Of a stretch of 64,000 nt of DNA, positions 23,141 through 33,822 are shown in pieces. Every line of letters starts with the position of its first letter. Position 1 is the first letter of the stretch. The notes beneath the pieces are model-generated. The model saw only the letters and a list, made by a program, of their open reading frames with translations. It did no database searches and was not told the DNA's origin. Position numbers and translations under genes: made by a program. The stretch is from an uncultured delta proteobacterium (lineage in GTDB: Bacteria > Desulfobacterota > Desulfomonilia > UBA1062): the NCBI GenBank assembly GCA_963785235.1, contig CAWAUM010000001.1, positions 783,607-847,606 of the forward strand, given 5' to 3'.

Positions 23141-25109
23141 ATGAAAGCGACTTGGGATATACCAGAGGAAATGCTGGATAACACGGACCGGTTCACCAAT
23201 GATTTTTACAAGCGCTTTACCCTTCGCAAGGCGCCGCAGCCGCTCACGGATGAATGAAAGCCTGACAAAGGATTATCTGTTCCCCACCTTCTACGGAGAT
23301 GTGAGCTGTGCCGTAGCCGTGTTCATGTGTTCCTATGAAAAGGCGGCCGCCCTCATTGCCGAGCAGCTGAGCCCTCAGATAGTGCCGGTGAGGATGACCA
23401 GGGGCCGCGCACTGGTGGCCTTTTCCTGCTACGAGTATAAGAACGTCATGGGCGTACGGCCATACAATGAGATCGCCATTGCAATACCGGTGATGGTCGA
23501 CCCGTGCTGCAACGTCCCTGTTCTGCCCATGATCACCGACAAATTCAGCCGTTTCGGCTATTATATCGCAGGTATGCCCGTCACCTCGAAAGAGAACACC
23601 ATCAGGGGCCGCACGATCTGGGGCCTGCCCAAGGTGACCCAGGACATCGACATATACCGTGAAGACGGCAGCTGCATCGTCAAGGCCATGGACAGCAGCG
23701 GGGAGGCATATCTGTCTGTGCGTATCCCCATGGACGGCACCCCCACCGAATTCGATGTCTCGTCATACCTGTATTCACAGCAGGGAGGAAGACTGCTGCA
23801 GAACCGGACGGATTTCCGGGCCACATTCAATGTGAAAAAGAACATGCAGCTCCTCTTCAAAAAGGGTGTAAAGCCGGAACGTCCCTGCATTGAGCTGGGC
23901 GACACCTCCTTTGCCCCCATGCTGAAGAGGCTCGAAATAGAAGAGACCCCCTTCCAGACCCGCTACGGCGAGCATATGTCGGCCTGCTTCGACCTGCCCA
24001 ATGCCCTGGCGCCCGAATGGGTACAGACCGTTCCCGTAAGCAGCTACAAGCTCGATGATGAAGCCAGCATGAAGTTGTCGGGCAATGACCTGAAGATGGC
24101 CTTTTTCGGGACAGGGGCCGTAGGGGCATCGGTGGGAGGCTGGGTGGCCCCCTTCCACAGGGAAACCTATTTTCTCGACCAGGGGAAGATCGCCGATGCC
24201 CTGAAGACAAGCGGCATAACGCTCTATCAGGGGGATAAAAAAGACAAGACCATGACAACCGTTCCGGTCAAGGTCATGGAAGATCTCTCCGAGCTGAAGT
24301 CCATGGATGTCATCGTCATCGGCGTAAAGAATTATAGCCTCGAAGCCATTGCCCGATTGATCAAGGCCAATGCAAAAGAAGATGTGATCATCGTGTCCAT
24401 GGCCAATGGAATCGATAATCAGCAGATCCTTCCCAAATATTTTTCCCGGGTGATCTACTGCATCGTCAGTTACAATGCCTGGATGGATCATCCGGTTACG
24501 GTGGGCTATCAGAAGAAGGGGCCGCTCGTTCTCGGAACACCGGATAACAGTCTGCGCACGGAGATGAACACCATTGCCGATATCTTCAACCAGGGTGTCG
24601 AAACCGTGATCACCGAGCATCTCCAGGATGCAGTGCATTCAAAGATCGTGGTGAACCTCACCAATTCCGTCACGACCCTGGTGGGGCACGGCTTCAAGGA
24701 GATATCCGACCTGGACACCTTCCAGCGGCTTCTGACGAATACGCTCTATGAAGGCGTCCGGGTGGTGAAGGCTGCCGGCTACAAAGAGTGCAAGCTGGGC
24801 GGGATGCCGCCGTGGTCTCTGTTGACAGCTGGTGCTATTCTTCCCCGGCCTCTTACCCGGCCCCTGTTCAAGAAGAATGTGGCCAAAATGGTCATGTCCA
24901 GCATGAGCCAGGACATCATCCAGCGCGGCGGTACGAGCTCGGAGCTGGATTCCCTGACCGGGTACATCCTCAAGCTTGCCAGGCAGAACAAGGTGCATGC
25001 TCCCTTCAACGAGACCATCTACGAACTCGGGAAAGAACGGTTCAACAAGCCCGGCTTTATTGCCATGGATGTCAAAGAGGTGTGGGCAGAGGTGCAAAAA
25101 AAGCTCTGA
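23141..25109 (+). CDS. Fusion of acetoacetate-decarboxylase-like and ketopantoate-reductase-like domains; one frameshift near 23245
   Basis: RBS GAGGAG before ATG 23141 (MKATWDIPEE...). ADC-like PYNEIAIAIPV and GRTIWGLPK, then PanE-like FGTGAVG, GVKNY, MANG, KIVVN, SSMSQD and ELDSLTG. Confidence 0.78.
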
Positions 25110-25154
25110 CGAATTTATACTGTGGTGCATTACGCGCCAACTTGATACTCAATG

Positions 25155-26783
25155 TTATGTTCTGATCACCATGCCAGCCCTCTGATTGGCTGTCATTAAT
25201 CCTTGACTGACCACGTTTTTTCCGTTGATGAACACATTGCGTATGCCTGCAGGACGACCTGAAGGCCTGATGCCGTCGGGCGGGGTATCGGAGATGACTG
25301 CAGGGTCGAAGATTACTATGTCTGCGGCCATGCCCGGGGCGATCTCCCCCCTGTCCCTTATGTTGAAGCGTTGGGCGCTCTGTGAGGTGGAGCGTCGGAC
25401 GGCCTGTTCAAGGGTGAAGAGCTTCCGGTCTCGGGCAAGGGGGCCCAGGATGCGCGGGAAAGCTCCCATGGCTGATGGGTTGGGATAACCCTTGTCCTTT
25501 ATGACTGCATCAGTCTCGAAAAGGCACAGCTCATGCGAGAGAACCCTTTCGATGACATCCTCCCTGCCCGGCTCGCCGCTGTAGGCATGAAATAGCACGA
25601 GCGTTCCGCCGCCGCTCTTCTCACAAAGTCGGAGCAGGGTGTTAAAGGGGCTCATGCCCCATTTCCTCGCGATCTCGGTGATGCGCAGGCCGTTAAGGTC
25701 GTCACAGCCGGGGACAGCAGCATCCATAACCTGAAAATCGTGGTACATGAATCCCACGAGTCTGAATCCCGCTTCCAGTTCGAGACGGAGTCTCAGCTTC
25801 AGCCACGGATTGCGGTATGCCTCAGCCCCCCTCTTCAGGAACCAGTGGGGTAGAACGACCGTGATGGTGGTGTTGCCGCATGTGTAGGGAAAGGCGTCGA
25901 ACATGACATCAACACCATCGTTCCGGGCTTGCTCAACCATGCTGATGGCCCTGTCCGCGGACCAGAAGCTATTCCTTCCCACGAAGATGAAGTGCGAAAT
26001 CTGCAGTCTTGCGCCGGTCTTCCGGGCCACATCCAGCATCTCAGCCAGGGCTTTGAGGTTATGAGGCCTGAGGGTGGTTATGGGATAGGTCGGGGATAAT
26101 GCGCTCAGTGCCTTCAGATGAACGGTGACGGGCTTGCCCTTTTCCTTGGTGACCCGTGTAAAGGCTTCTATCTCATCGAGAGGTGAATACATGCCCGGTT
26201 CATATCCAAGACCGAAGCTCAGTCCGCAGGCCCCTTGGTCAAGCGATTTTGAGAGCAGGTCCAGGCACCATGCTAGCTCGTTTTCTTTCATCCTGCCCCG
26301 CAAAGTGTCAGCAGCCGCAAACCTGATGGAGGCATGGCCGGCGAGCTCGGCTATGTTGAGACATGGGCCGATCTCCTCCAGGCGCGACAGGAAGGCGTCC
26401 ATGGTCTCCCACGTGAATTCCGGGACCCGCACCAGAAGCGGCGTGAACTGCCCGAATCGGAAAAAGTCCTTTTCCTTGTAAGGGGCCGGCGAGAAGCCGC
26501 AATTACCGGCCACGATCGTCGTGATGCCCTGTTCGATGAGGCATTTCAGGAGGTCAGGATTTTCCTCAAGGCAGAGCAGCCAGTCCGAATGGGAATGCAT
26601 ATCGATGAATCCGGGGCAGACGATACATCCTTGAGCGTCTACCACTGTTGAAGCCAGCGGTGGCTCTGTGCTGCCGGGGATCACTTCGCTGATCTTGCCG
26701 TCCTCGATGAGCACATGACCCGTGAAGCGCTCCCTTCCAGTCCCGTCAATGATGGTTCCATTTTCCAACAGTATGGTGCCCAT
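25155..26783 (-). CDS. N-acyl-D-amino-acid deacylase family amidohydrolase
   Basis: PGFIDMHSHSD, GITTIVAGNCGFS and GMAADIVIFDP. Confidence 0.9.
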   Translation of the reverse strand: MGTILLENGTIIDGTGRERFTGHVLIEDGKISEVIPGSTEPPLASTVVDAQGCIVCPGFIDMHSHSDWLLCLEENPDLLKCLIEQGITTIVAGNCGFSPAPYKEKDFFRFGQFTPLLVRVPEFTWETMDAFLSRLEEIGPCLNIAELAGHASIRFAAADTLRGRMKENELAWCLDLLSKSLDQGACGLSFGLGYEPGMYSPLDEIEAFTRVTKEKGKPVTVHLKALSALSPTYPITTLRPHNLKALAEMLDVARKTGARLQISHFIFVGRNSFWSADRAISMVEQARNDGVDVMFDAFPYTCGNTTITVVLPHWFLKRGAEAYRNPWLKLRLRLELEAGFRLVGFMYHDFQVMDAAVPGCDDLNGLRITEIARKWGMSPFNTLLRLCEKSGGGTLVLFHAYSGEPGREDVIERVLSHELCLFETDAVIKDKGYPNPSAMGAFPRILGPLARDRKLFTLEQAVRRSTSQSAQRFNIRDRGEIAPGMAADIVIFDPAVISDTPPDGIRPSGRPAGIRNVFINGKNVVSQGLMTANQRAGMVIRT

Positions 26784-27032
26784 ACACTCCTCTCTATTCT
26801 ACAACAATCCAGGATGACAAAGGAAAATGACCCTTACTTGGATATATAATTAACAGGAATGGAAAGGAGGGTCCACAGAAATTGGTGCTTTGAAAAGGCC
26901 TTAAAACCCAAGATCTTGGATGAAACATATGCAGTGCAGTAAAACCCTTCACCCCGGACCAGGTCCTCCGGTGACTTGATTCTCTCAAAGTTGATCCTTC
27001 TCTTTTTTACCAAGTTCCCCTATCTCTTCGGT

Positions 27033-28403
27033 TCAGGCTCCACCCTTATATTTCATCAATGCTTTGGCCATGTGTATAGCACCCTCGATGCTGTGGGCAA
27101 CCGGGACATTATTCATTTCAAAACCCTCGATGAGGATTCTGTATTTATCCAGCCTGGGAAGATAGGCAATAAGCGGTATATTCGATCTTCTCGGAACTGA
27201 ACTGAGGATGGCGCCAAGGTCCTGGGACATGCCGGGGGCATACGGCAGGATGAGGATAATAATGCAGTCGATATCTTTGACCAGGGACATGGTAATGGCA
27301 GCTGACGCGATGTCCTGATCCACGGCACTGCCTGTCAGGTCCACCGGGTTTATGCATGAAGCGATAGACTTGATGCTTGGCGATAGTCCCTGACGGATTG
27401 CCTCCTGGTCTACCTCCTGCAGTGTGGGTACCGTAAGGCCCAGCTCCATACACATATCAGTCGCCAATGCGCCATGGCCACCGCTGATTGTAATAATACC
27501 GACACGGCCTTTGATGGATACTTGGTATGCGCTTAAGGATTGACTGAAGTAGACAAGCTCCAGCATGTTTCTGGCTTCTACAAGACCGTATTGCGCAAGT
27601 ACTGAAGAAAACACGGTGTAATCTCCTGCCAGGGATGCGGTGTGACTGGATATGGCGCGACTGCCTCCGGGTGACTTGCCGGATTTGAGGACAATCACCG
27701 GTTTGCCTATTTTTTGAGCCTTTTCCATAAACTCCCGGCCTTCATCAGCACCAAAACCTTCAACATAAAACGAAATCACCTTGGTATCCGGCTTTCCGGC
27801 AAGGTAGTCCAAGAGATCTGTTTCCTTGATGAAGGCCTTATTGCCTATACTTATGCCGAGCGACATTCCTATGCCTTCGGATGAAAAACGGATCATCTGA
27901 TCGACGAGTACACCACCACTCTGGCTGATTAAAGCAACATTTCCTTTTTTGGGTGTATCGATCCGTTCCGAAGGCAGGAAAAAAGTATCCATGCGCGATG
28001 CCGAGTAAATGCCCAGACAGTTAGGGCCGATAAAAGGGAATCCGGCCTCTTTGGCAATGGCTACAATCCGGTCCTGAAGATCAACCCTGCCGATTTCAGC
28101 AAAGCCTCCGGAGATGATGGCAGCACCCTTAACCCCGGCTTTAATGCATTCTTCCATGATGGAGGGAACCCTTTCCGCCTGGGCGGCAATGATCGCCAGA
28201 TCGATTTGTTCAGGAATATCCTTGATGCTTGAATATGCTGGTATGCCCTTAAGGAGCCCGGCGTGGGGGTTCACCCCGTAGGCCTTCACGGGATAGCGCA
28301 GATGGTTTTTATAGTAAATGATGTTCGCGGGATTGAGATTATTTGTAAGGGAAACGCCTATGACTGCTATACTTTTTGGTTCAAACAGGGGTTTGAGATC
28401 CAT
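27033..28403 (-). CDS. ADP-forming acyl-CoA synthetase, alpha (CoA-binding) subunit
   Basis: LFEPKSIAVIG, IGPNCLG, ISQSGG and the phospho-His motif SSHTASLAG. Confidence 0.88.
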   Translation of the reverse strand: MDLKPLFEPKSIAVIGVSLTNNLNPANIIYYKNHLRYPVKAYGVNPHAGLLKGIPAYSSIKDIPEQIDLAIIAAQAERVPSIMEECIKAGVKGAAIISGGFAEIGRVDLQDRIVAIAKEAGFPFIGPNCLGIYSASRMDTFFLPSERIDTPKKGNVALISQSGGVLVDQMIRFSSEGIGMSLGISIGNKAFIKETDLLDYLAGKPDTKVISFYVEGFGADEGREFMEKAQKIGKPVIVLKSGKSPGGSRAISSHTASLAGDYTVFSSVLAQYGLVEARNMLELVYFSQSLSAYQVSIKGRVGIITISGGHGALATDMCMELGLTVPTLQEVDQEAIRQGLSPSIKSIASCINPVDLTGSAVDQDIASAAITMSLVKDIDCIIILILPYAPGMSQDLGAILSSVPRRSNIPLIAYLPRLDKYRILIEGFEMNNVPVAHSIEGAIHMAKALMKYKGGA

Positions 28404-28547
28404 GAAGCCTCCTCTGATGTTGACATAACCCTTATTATATAATGTGGACCTTGCCAGAGAACAATGTTGGATGACACGGTAACGGAAAAAAACTTATGAG
28501 GTGAAATGGATTCATGTAAAAAATCTACCCCAAACTTTCGAAATGTG

Positions 28548-28675
28548 AACCCGTCCCTGATTTCCCTGATTTCCCCGCGTCCCTGATTTCCCCTGATTTC
28601 CCATAGGGGTGGTCGGTAAGGCAGTCCATAAGAGGGGCACAAATTGTAAAAGGGGGACAGGCGGGGGACAATTTG
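28548..28675. repeat. Cluster of REP-like and CCCTGATTT repeats
   Basis: (G)TCCCTGATTTCCC units occur four times, followed by oppositely oriented GGGGGACAG/GGGGGACAA. Confidence 0.7.
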
Positions 28676-28686
28676 ATATTTAACGA

Positions 28687-28722
28687 AAGCGGGCTCACAG
28701 GTGTTATCCTGTGAACCCGCTT
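28687..28722 (-). terminator. Terminator hairpin downstream of tRNA-Asn
   Basis: AAGCGGGCTCACAGG...CCTGTGAACCCGCTT. Confidence 0.7.
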
Positions 28723-28728
28723 ATTATC

Positions 28729-28804
28729 TGGCTCCTCGGGTAAGATTCGAACTTACGACCTAGTGGTTAACAGCCACTTGCTCTACCGATTGAGCTACCG
28801 AGGA
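28729..28804 (-). tRNA. tRNA-Asn(GTT)
   Basis: Reverse strand TCCTCGGTAGCTCAATCGGTAGAGCAAGTGGCTGTTAACCACTAGGTCGTAAGTTCGAATCTTACCCGAGGAGCCA. Confidence 0.96.
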
Positions 28805-28962
28805 ATGGTCAATGGACTGAATTGATAGCCGTGATTTCATTGCTTGTCAAGTAAGAATGCCACATGACTTAATCGTTTTGGATATCTTGCATAGGTAGAA
28901 TATTACAAGGTTACTTGGTTGCCGGCCCCGGAGTACCATTTTAAAAAAAAGCCCGCTGCTCA

Positions 28963-29868
28963 TTAAAAATAGGTGAGCAGGCTTTCATATTGCTCCACGG
29001 TCCCTGAATACACCTCGCGCATGCGTGACATGAGCTCCCGGGTAATAGGGCCGGGGCAGGTGAGTTTGTAGTCTTCGATCTGTTTGATGGGCTGCACCTG
29101 TCTCAAGGTGCCTGAGAAAAAGGCCTCATCATATTCGCACAGGTCCTGGGGGAGGATGTGTGTCTCTTTGACCGTGTGTCCCATGTCTTTCAGTACATCC
29201 ATAACAACCTTTCTGGTGATGCCGGGAAGGACGTTCTCCTTGGTGGGGGTTTCCACGCACCCCCCCTTGGCAAGGAAGATGTTGGAGGTGGGTCCTTCTG
29301 CCACGAACCCGTTGGTGTCGAGCATCAGGGCTTCGTCGAATCCCTTCCTGCGCACCTCGGTGCCGGCCAGATATCCGTTCACATAGTTGCCTATCACCTT
29401 GGCATGGACGGCTGCGGTCTGCGGATGGAGCTTTCGGTACTGGGATATGCCCACCAACCGCGGTGCGCTGAAACTGTCAGGGTCCGAACCCAGTGAACTG
29501 TAGTCGAGGCAGAAAATTGCTGCCGATACCTTCTCCGGCGGTCTGGGCCCAAGGTCAGTGTCTGAATAGTAGGCATAGAACTTGGCTATGCCGTTCCTCA
29601 CCGAGTTGGCGCGTGCTGTAGCCATGATGGCGTTCTTGATGTCTTCATGGCTGAAGGGGATGCTCATATAGGTCCTCTCGGCGCTGGAAAAGAACCTCTT
29701 CACATGCTCGTCGAGGCAGATGAGCGCAGGGCCTTTCTTGGCCGGAACAATGGCCATCACATCGAATATGGCCGAAGCCCTGCTGAAGCTCTGTGAAAGG
29801 GGGGAGACGCGCACCTCCATCCAGTCCACCAGTCTGCCGTCCAGCCATGCCATGATCTGCTTTGACAT
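28963..29868 (-). CDS. Class IV aminotransferase (branched-chain amino acid aminotransferase-like)
   Basis: HAKVIGNY (PLP Lys), VAEGPTSNIF and LPGITR. Confidence 0.88.
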   Translation of the reverse strand: MSKQIMAWLDGRLVDWMEVRVSPLSQSFSRASAIFDVMAIVPAKKGPALICLDEHVKRFFSSAERTYMSIPFSHEDIKNAIMATARANSVRNGIAKFYAYYSDTDLGPRPPEKVSAAIFCLDYSSLGSDPDSFSAPRLVGISQYRKLHPQTAAVHAKVIGNYVNGYLAGTEVRRKGFDEALMLDTNGFVAEGPTSNIFLAKGGCVETPTKENVLPGITRKVVMDVLKDMGHTVKETHILPQDLCEYDEAFFSGTLRQVQPIKQIEDYKLTCPGPITRELMSRMREVYSGTVEQYESLLTYF

Positions 29869-29967
29869 AGTGAATATCCCTATATGGGCTTATGCGTAGT
29901 GTCAAGAGAGCATACGCTGCCGGCTTGACAAAACAAGCCGTATGAAATAGTAGCATGATCTACTGTT

Positions 29968-30516
29968 ATGGATAAGGTAAAGAGTATTTACGACATAAAG
30001 ATCATCCCCGATACCATCGGGGAGGCGGGCATCGAGAAGGACTTCCGTGTTGAACCCGGGGTCATGACGGAGATCCTTGCCGATAAGGACCTCCGGGTTA
30101 CCGAGCCCTTCCAGATCCATTATGAAGGGGTCAGGCATCAGGAGAATATCCATGTGAGAGTGGATATCAAAGGCGTCATCAGAACAACCTGTTCCCGCTG
30201 TCTTTGCCCCATGACGCACACCGTGGACCTTCACCTGGACAGCGACTACATGCCTGCCCCTCCAGAGATGCCGGATGAACACTTGGAGGCCGAGCGGCTG
30301 AGCGAGGAAACGGGCTATTTCCGCAAAGAGATAAAGCTTGGGGAGTATATCATTTCCGAGCTTGTATTGTCTTTGCCCTTCATCTACATCTGTTCTGAGA
30401 GTTGCAAGGGCCTGTGCCAGCAGTGCGGCGCAAACCTCAATGACAATCTGTGTGCCTGTGTGCAGAGCACGGATCCCAGGTTGCAGGTATTATCAAAACT
30501 TAAGAATAAACTTTAA
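29968..30516 (+). CDS. yceD: YceD/DUF177 protein
   Basis: CSRCL and CSESCKGLCQQCGANLN...DPR; lies upstream of rpmF. Confidence 0.9.
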   Translation: MDKVKSIYDIKIIPDTIGEAGIEKDFRVEPGVMTEILADKDLRVTEPFQIHYEGVRHQENIHVRVDIKGVIRTTCSRCLCPMTHTVDLHLDSDYMPAPPEMPDEHLEAERLSEETGYFRKEIKLGEYIISELVLSLPFIYICSESCKGLCQQCGANLNDNLCACVQSTDPRLQVLSKLKNKL

Positions 30517-30532
30517 GAGATAGGAGTCAGCA

Positions 30533-30718
30533 ATGCCATTACCAAAGAGAAGACACTCGAGCACCAGGAGAGACAAGCGCAGGGCTAATGATGCCATCAC
30601 CCTTCCTGCAGCTTCCTTTTGTTCGAACTGCAATGAGCCGAAAGCGCCGCACAGGATATGTCAGAGCTGCGGATACTACAATGGCAGAGAGGTAATAAAG
30701 AACACCAAAGCCGAGTGA
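30533..30718 (+). CDS. rpmF: 50S ribosomal protein L32
   Basis: MPLPKRRHSSTRRDKRR...C..C...PHRICQSCGYYNGREV. Confidence 0.97.
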   Translation: MPLPKRRHSSTRRDKRRANDAITLPAASFCSNCNEPKAPHRICQSCGYYNGREVIKNTKAE

Positions 30719-31569
30719 TGCCGTATTGCCTGATCTTTCCGGGCCAAGGGAGCCAGTTCCCTGGCATGTCCAAAGGGCTCACTCTCGATTCGGATGTTGA
30801 TGAGAGTCTTCGTACGCTCATGGACAATGGCCCGGATGATGACCTGGGGCAGTCAGGAAATGCCCAGCCGGCAGTAGTATCCGTGAGTGTTGCCCTGTGG
30901 GAAAGATCGGGTTTGAAAGAGCCTGCTGCGGTCATGGGCCACAGCCTTGGCGAATATACCGCGCTTGTCGCTTCACGCTCTTTGCCGGCACGCAGGGCAA
31001 TTGAGCTTGTAAAGAAAAGGGCCGCATTCATGGAGGCCTCCCGCCCGAGAGGAACCGGGGGCATGGCTGCTGTGATCGGAATGTCTGAACGTGAGGTTGA
31101 AGAGGTTATAGCCGGTATCAGCGAACTCTGGATCGCCAACCTCAACGGTGCTTCACAGGTGGTTATTTCCGGCAGCATCCAGTCCATTCATACTGCAATA
31201 CCGCTGCTCAAAGGTAAAGGCGCCAGGCGTGTGGTGCCGCTTAAGGTCTCTGTGGCATCCCACTGCCCATACATGGACAAGGCCCAGGAAGCACTTGCTG
31301 ATTATCTCAAGGGAATTACCATCAAGGTGCCGTCATGCCCGTTCATCTCCAATGTAAGCGCCCGGGCTGAGACTGACCCGGACCAGCTCAAGGACCGACT
31401 TGCACAGCAGCTGACAAGCCCGGTGCGTTTTGAGGAATCGGTGCGTGCCGCTGCTCACATGGGTATCGATACCTTTATTGAGATTGGTCCGCGCTCCGTA
31501 CTCGCCCCCCTGGTCAAACGCATTATGCCCGGTGTAAATATGGAGGTAATCACCAATGACGACAATTGA
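30718..31569 (+). CDS. fabD: Malonyl-CoA:ACP transacylase
   Basis: FPGQGSQ, GHSLGEY and QLTSPVRF; TGATG overlap with rpmF. Confidence 0.93.
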   Translation: MPYCLIFPGQGSQFPGMSKGLTLDSDVDESLRTLMDNGPDDDLGQSGNAQPAVVSVSVALWERSGLKEPAAVMGHSLGEYTALVASRSLPARRAIELVKKRAAFMEASRPRGTGGMAAVIGMSEREVEEVIAGISELWIANLNGASQVVISGSIQSIHTAIPLLKGKGARRVVPLKVSVASHCPYMDKAQEALADYLKGITIKVPSCPFISNVSARAETDPDQLKDRLAQQLTSPVRFEESVRAAAHMGIDTFIEIGPRSVLAPLVKRIMPGVNMEVITNDDN

Positions 31570-32301
31570 TCTGAGCAACCAGGTGGCCCTGGTCACCGGT
31601 GCAAGCCGCGGCATTGGCGCGGCCACGGCCAAGTTGCTGGGCAGCGCAGGCGCCCACGTGATTGTCAACTATAAGAGCAGCTCCCAAGCAGCTCAAGAGG
31701 TGGTCGACTCCATACTATCTTCAGGCGGTTCGGCTGAGGCCATGTGTTTCGACGTGGCCGACGAGGCTGAGGTGGGCAGGCATTTTGCCAGACATTATAG
31801 CCCGCCACGCCAGGCTCGATATCCTGGTGAACAACGCCGGTATTTCTAAGGATGCGCTCTTCCTGCGGATCAAGCCTGAAATGCTCAATGAAATGATAGA
31901 CGTAAATCTTAAGGGTTCATTTTTCTGCACTTTTCACGCTGCGAGATATATGATAAAGCAAAGAAGTGGAAAGATTGTAACGGTCTCTTCCATTGTCGGA
32001 CTCGGTGGGAACGCGGGGCAGAGCGTGTATGCAATGACAAAGGCCGGGCTCATCGGCATGACCAAGAGCTTTGCCAAAGAGCTGGGACCGCGCGGGGTAA
32101 GGGTGAATGCAATCGCACCCGGGCTCGTGGACACCGAGATGACATCAGGTATAGACAGGCAGGCCATCGTCAAGTGAGATACCGCTGCGTAAGACAGGCA
32201 GCCCGGATGAGGTGGCAGGGGTGATCCTGTTCTTGTGTTCCGAGCTGAGCGGATATATTACCGGTCAGGTCATTATCGTAGATGGTGGGCTTTATACGTG
32301 A
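31556..32301 (+). CDS. fabG: 3-oxoacyl-ACP reductase (two apparent frameshifts, about 31790 and 32175)
   Basis: [17 protein letters not shown] and the final [11 protein letters not shown] fall in different frames. Confidence 0.9.
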
Positions 32302-32346
32302 ATCTATTTTAAGGATGCTTTAGAACCCTAAAGGAGGGCTATATCG

Positions 32347-32580
32347 ATGGCCGATGTTCAGCAACGGATCATTCAACTGATCGCAGAGCAGTTGGAAAAG
32401 GACCCATCAGAGATCAAGCCGGAAATGTCTTTCGCAGACGATCTGGGGGCCGATTCCCTTGATCTGGTCGAATTGATCATGACCGTGGAAGAGGAGTTCA
32501 ACATAGAGATTCCCGACGAGGATGCGGAGAAGATGAAGTTCGTGAAGGACGCCATAGAATACGTTAAAGCCAAGATATGA
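32347..32580 (+). CDS. acpP: Acyl carrier protein
   Basis: [12 protein letters not shown]. Confidence 0.97.
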   Translation: MADVQQRIIQLIAEQLEKDPSEIKPEMSFADDLGADSLDLVELIMTVEEEFNIEIPDEDAEKMKFVKDAIEYVKAKI

Positions 32581-32588
32581 CGCCCTAG

Positions 32589-33819
32589 ATGAAAAAAACG
32601 GTAGTTGTCACCGGTATAGGAGTAGTATCGCCTCTTGGTAGCGATGTTGAAACGCTCTGGGAAAATCTCATTCACGGTATATCAGGAATAGAGCCCATTG
32701 AAGAACTAAAGGGCCTCCCGGTCACATTCGGGGGCCCTGCAAAGGGATTTGACCCTGCACGGTATCTAGGCCCCAAAGAGATCCGTCATATGGACCGTTA
32801 CACCCAGATGGCCGTATCCTGCGGGCTCGATGCCTGCAGTCACGCACGTTTAAACGCTGATTCATATCCCGAGCACCGTGTCGGAGTGCTCATGGGAACC
32901 GGCTCCGGCGGGATGTCCACGTTGGAAGAGCAGATACCCATCTTTCATTCAAAGGGTCACAGGAGGGTCTCACCTCTTACCGTGCCTATGTACATCCCGA
33001 ACATTGCATCAGCAGAGCTGGCCATGAAGATAAAGTTCAAGGGCCCCGGTATGGGTGTCTCCTCTGCGTGCGCAACGGGTGGGCATGCGTTGGCTGTTGC
33101 CATGAGGCTCATCCAGGCGAACGATGCCGACTGTATGATTGCAGGCGGGGTGGAGGCGTGCCTCACACCGTTTTCCGTTGCCGCATTTGCCTCCATGCGG
33201 GCCCTGTCCACCCGGAATGACGAACCCATGCAGGCCTCACGGCCCTTTGACCGAGACCGGGACGGATTTGTTATTGCCGAAGGAGGGGCTGCGCTCGTGC
33301 TGGAGGATTTGGACAAGGCCAGGGCGCGCGGCGCGAAGATACTCGCTGTCCTGTGCGGGGCAGGCATGAGTCAGGACGCCTACCACCTGGTGGCCCCTGA
33401 CCCGGAAGGAACGGCCGTTGTTTATGCCATGGAACGTGCCCTGGAAGACGCCGGCATTTCACGATCGGATATCGGGTACATCAATGCCCATGGCACATCT
33501 ACGCCTCTGAACGACAAGACCGAGACGCTTGCCATAAAAAAGGTCTTTGGGAAACGTGACGTATAGTATTCCTATAAGCTCCACCAAGTCCATGACCGGG
33601 CACCTCATAGGCGGCACGGCAAGCCTGGAAACCGCTATCTGCATACTTGCCATGAATGCCGGCATGCTGCCGCCCACCATCAACCTTGACAATCCTGACC
33701 CGCAATGCGATCTGAACTACATACCGGGCCAGGCCATCAAGGCAGAGGTTTCATACTGCATGAACAACGCCTTTGCCTTTGGCGGTCAGAACGTGGCACT
33801 GGTCATGGGAAAGGGGTAA
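32589..33819 (+). CDS. fabF: 3-oxoacyl-ACP synthase II (frameshift near 33560)
   Basis: SSACATG and NAHGTST, then SSTKSMTGHLIG in another frame. Confidence 0.92.
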
Positions 33820-33822
33820 AGG

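Noticed and set aside
26834-27013. 59-aa minus-strand TTG ORF (MVKKRRINFERIKSPEDL...) after the acyl-CoA synthetase
   Set aside because: Weak start and no recognisable motif; it cannot be supported without a homology search.
9320-28729. Genomic island integrated at tRNA-Asn
   Set aside because: I found no integrase and no duplicated tRNA 3' end.
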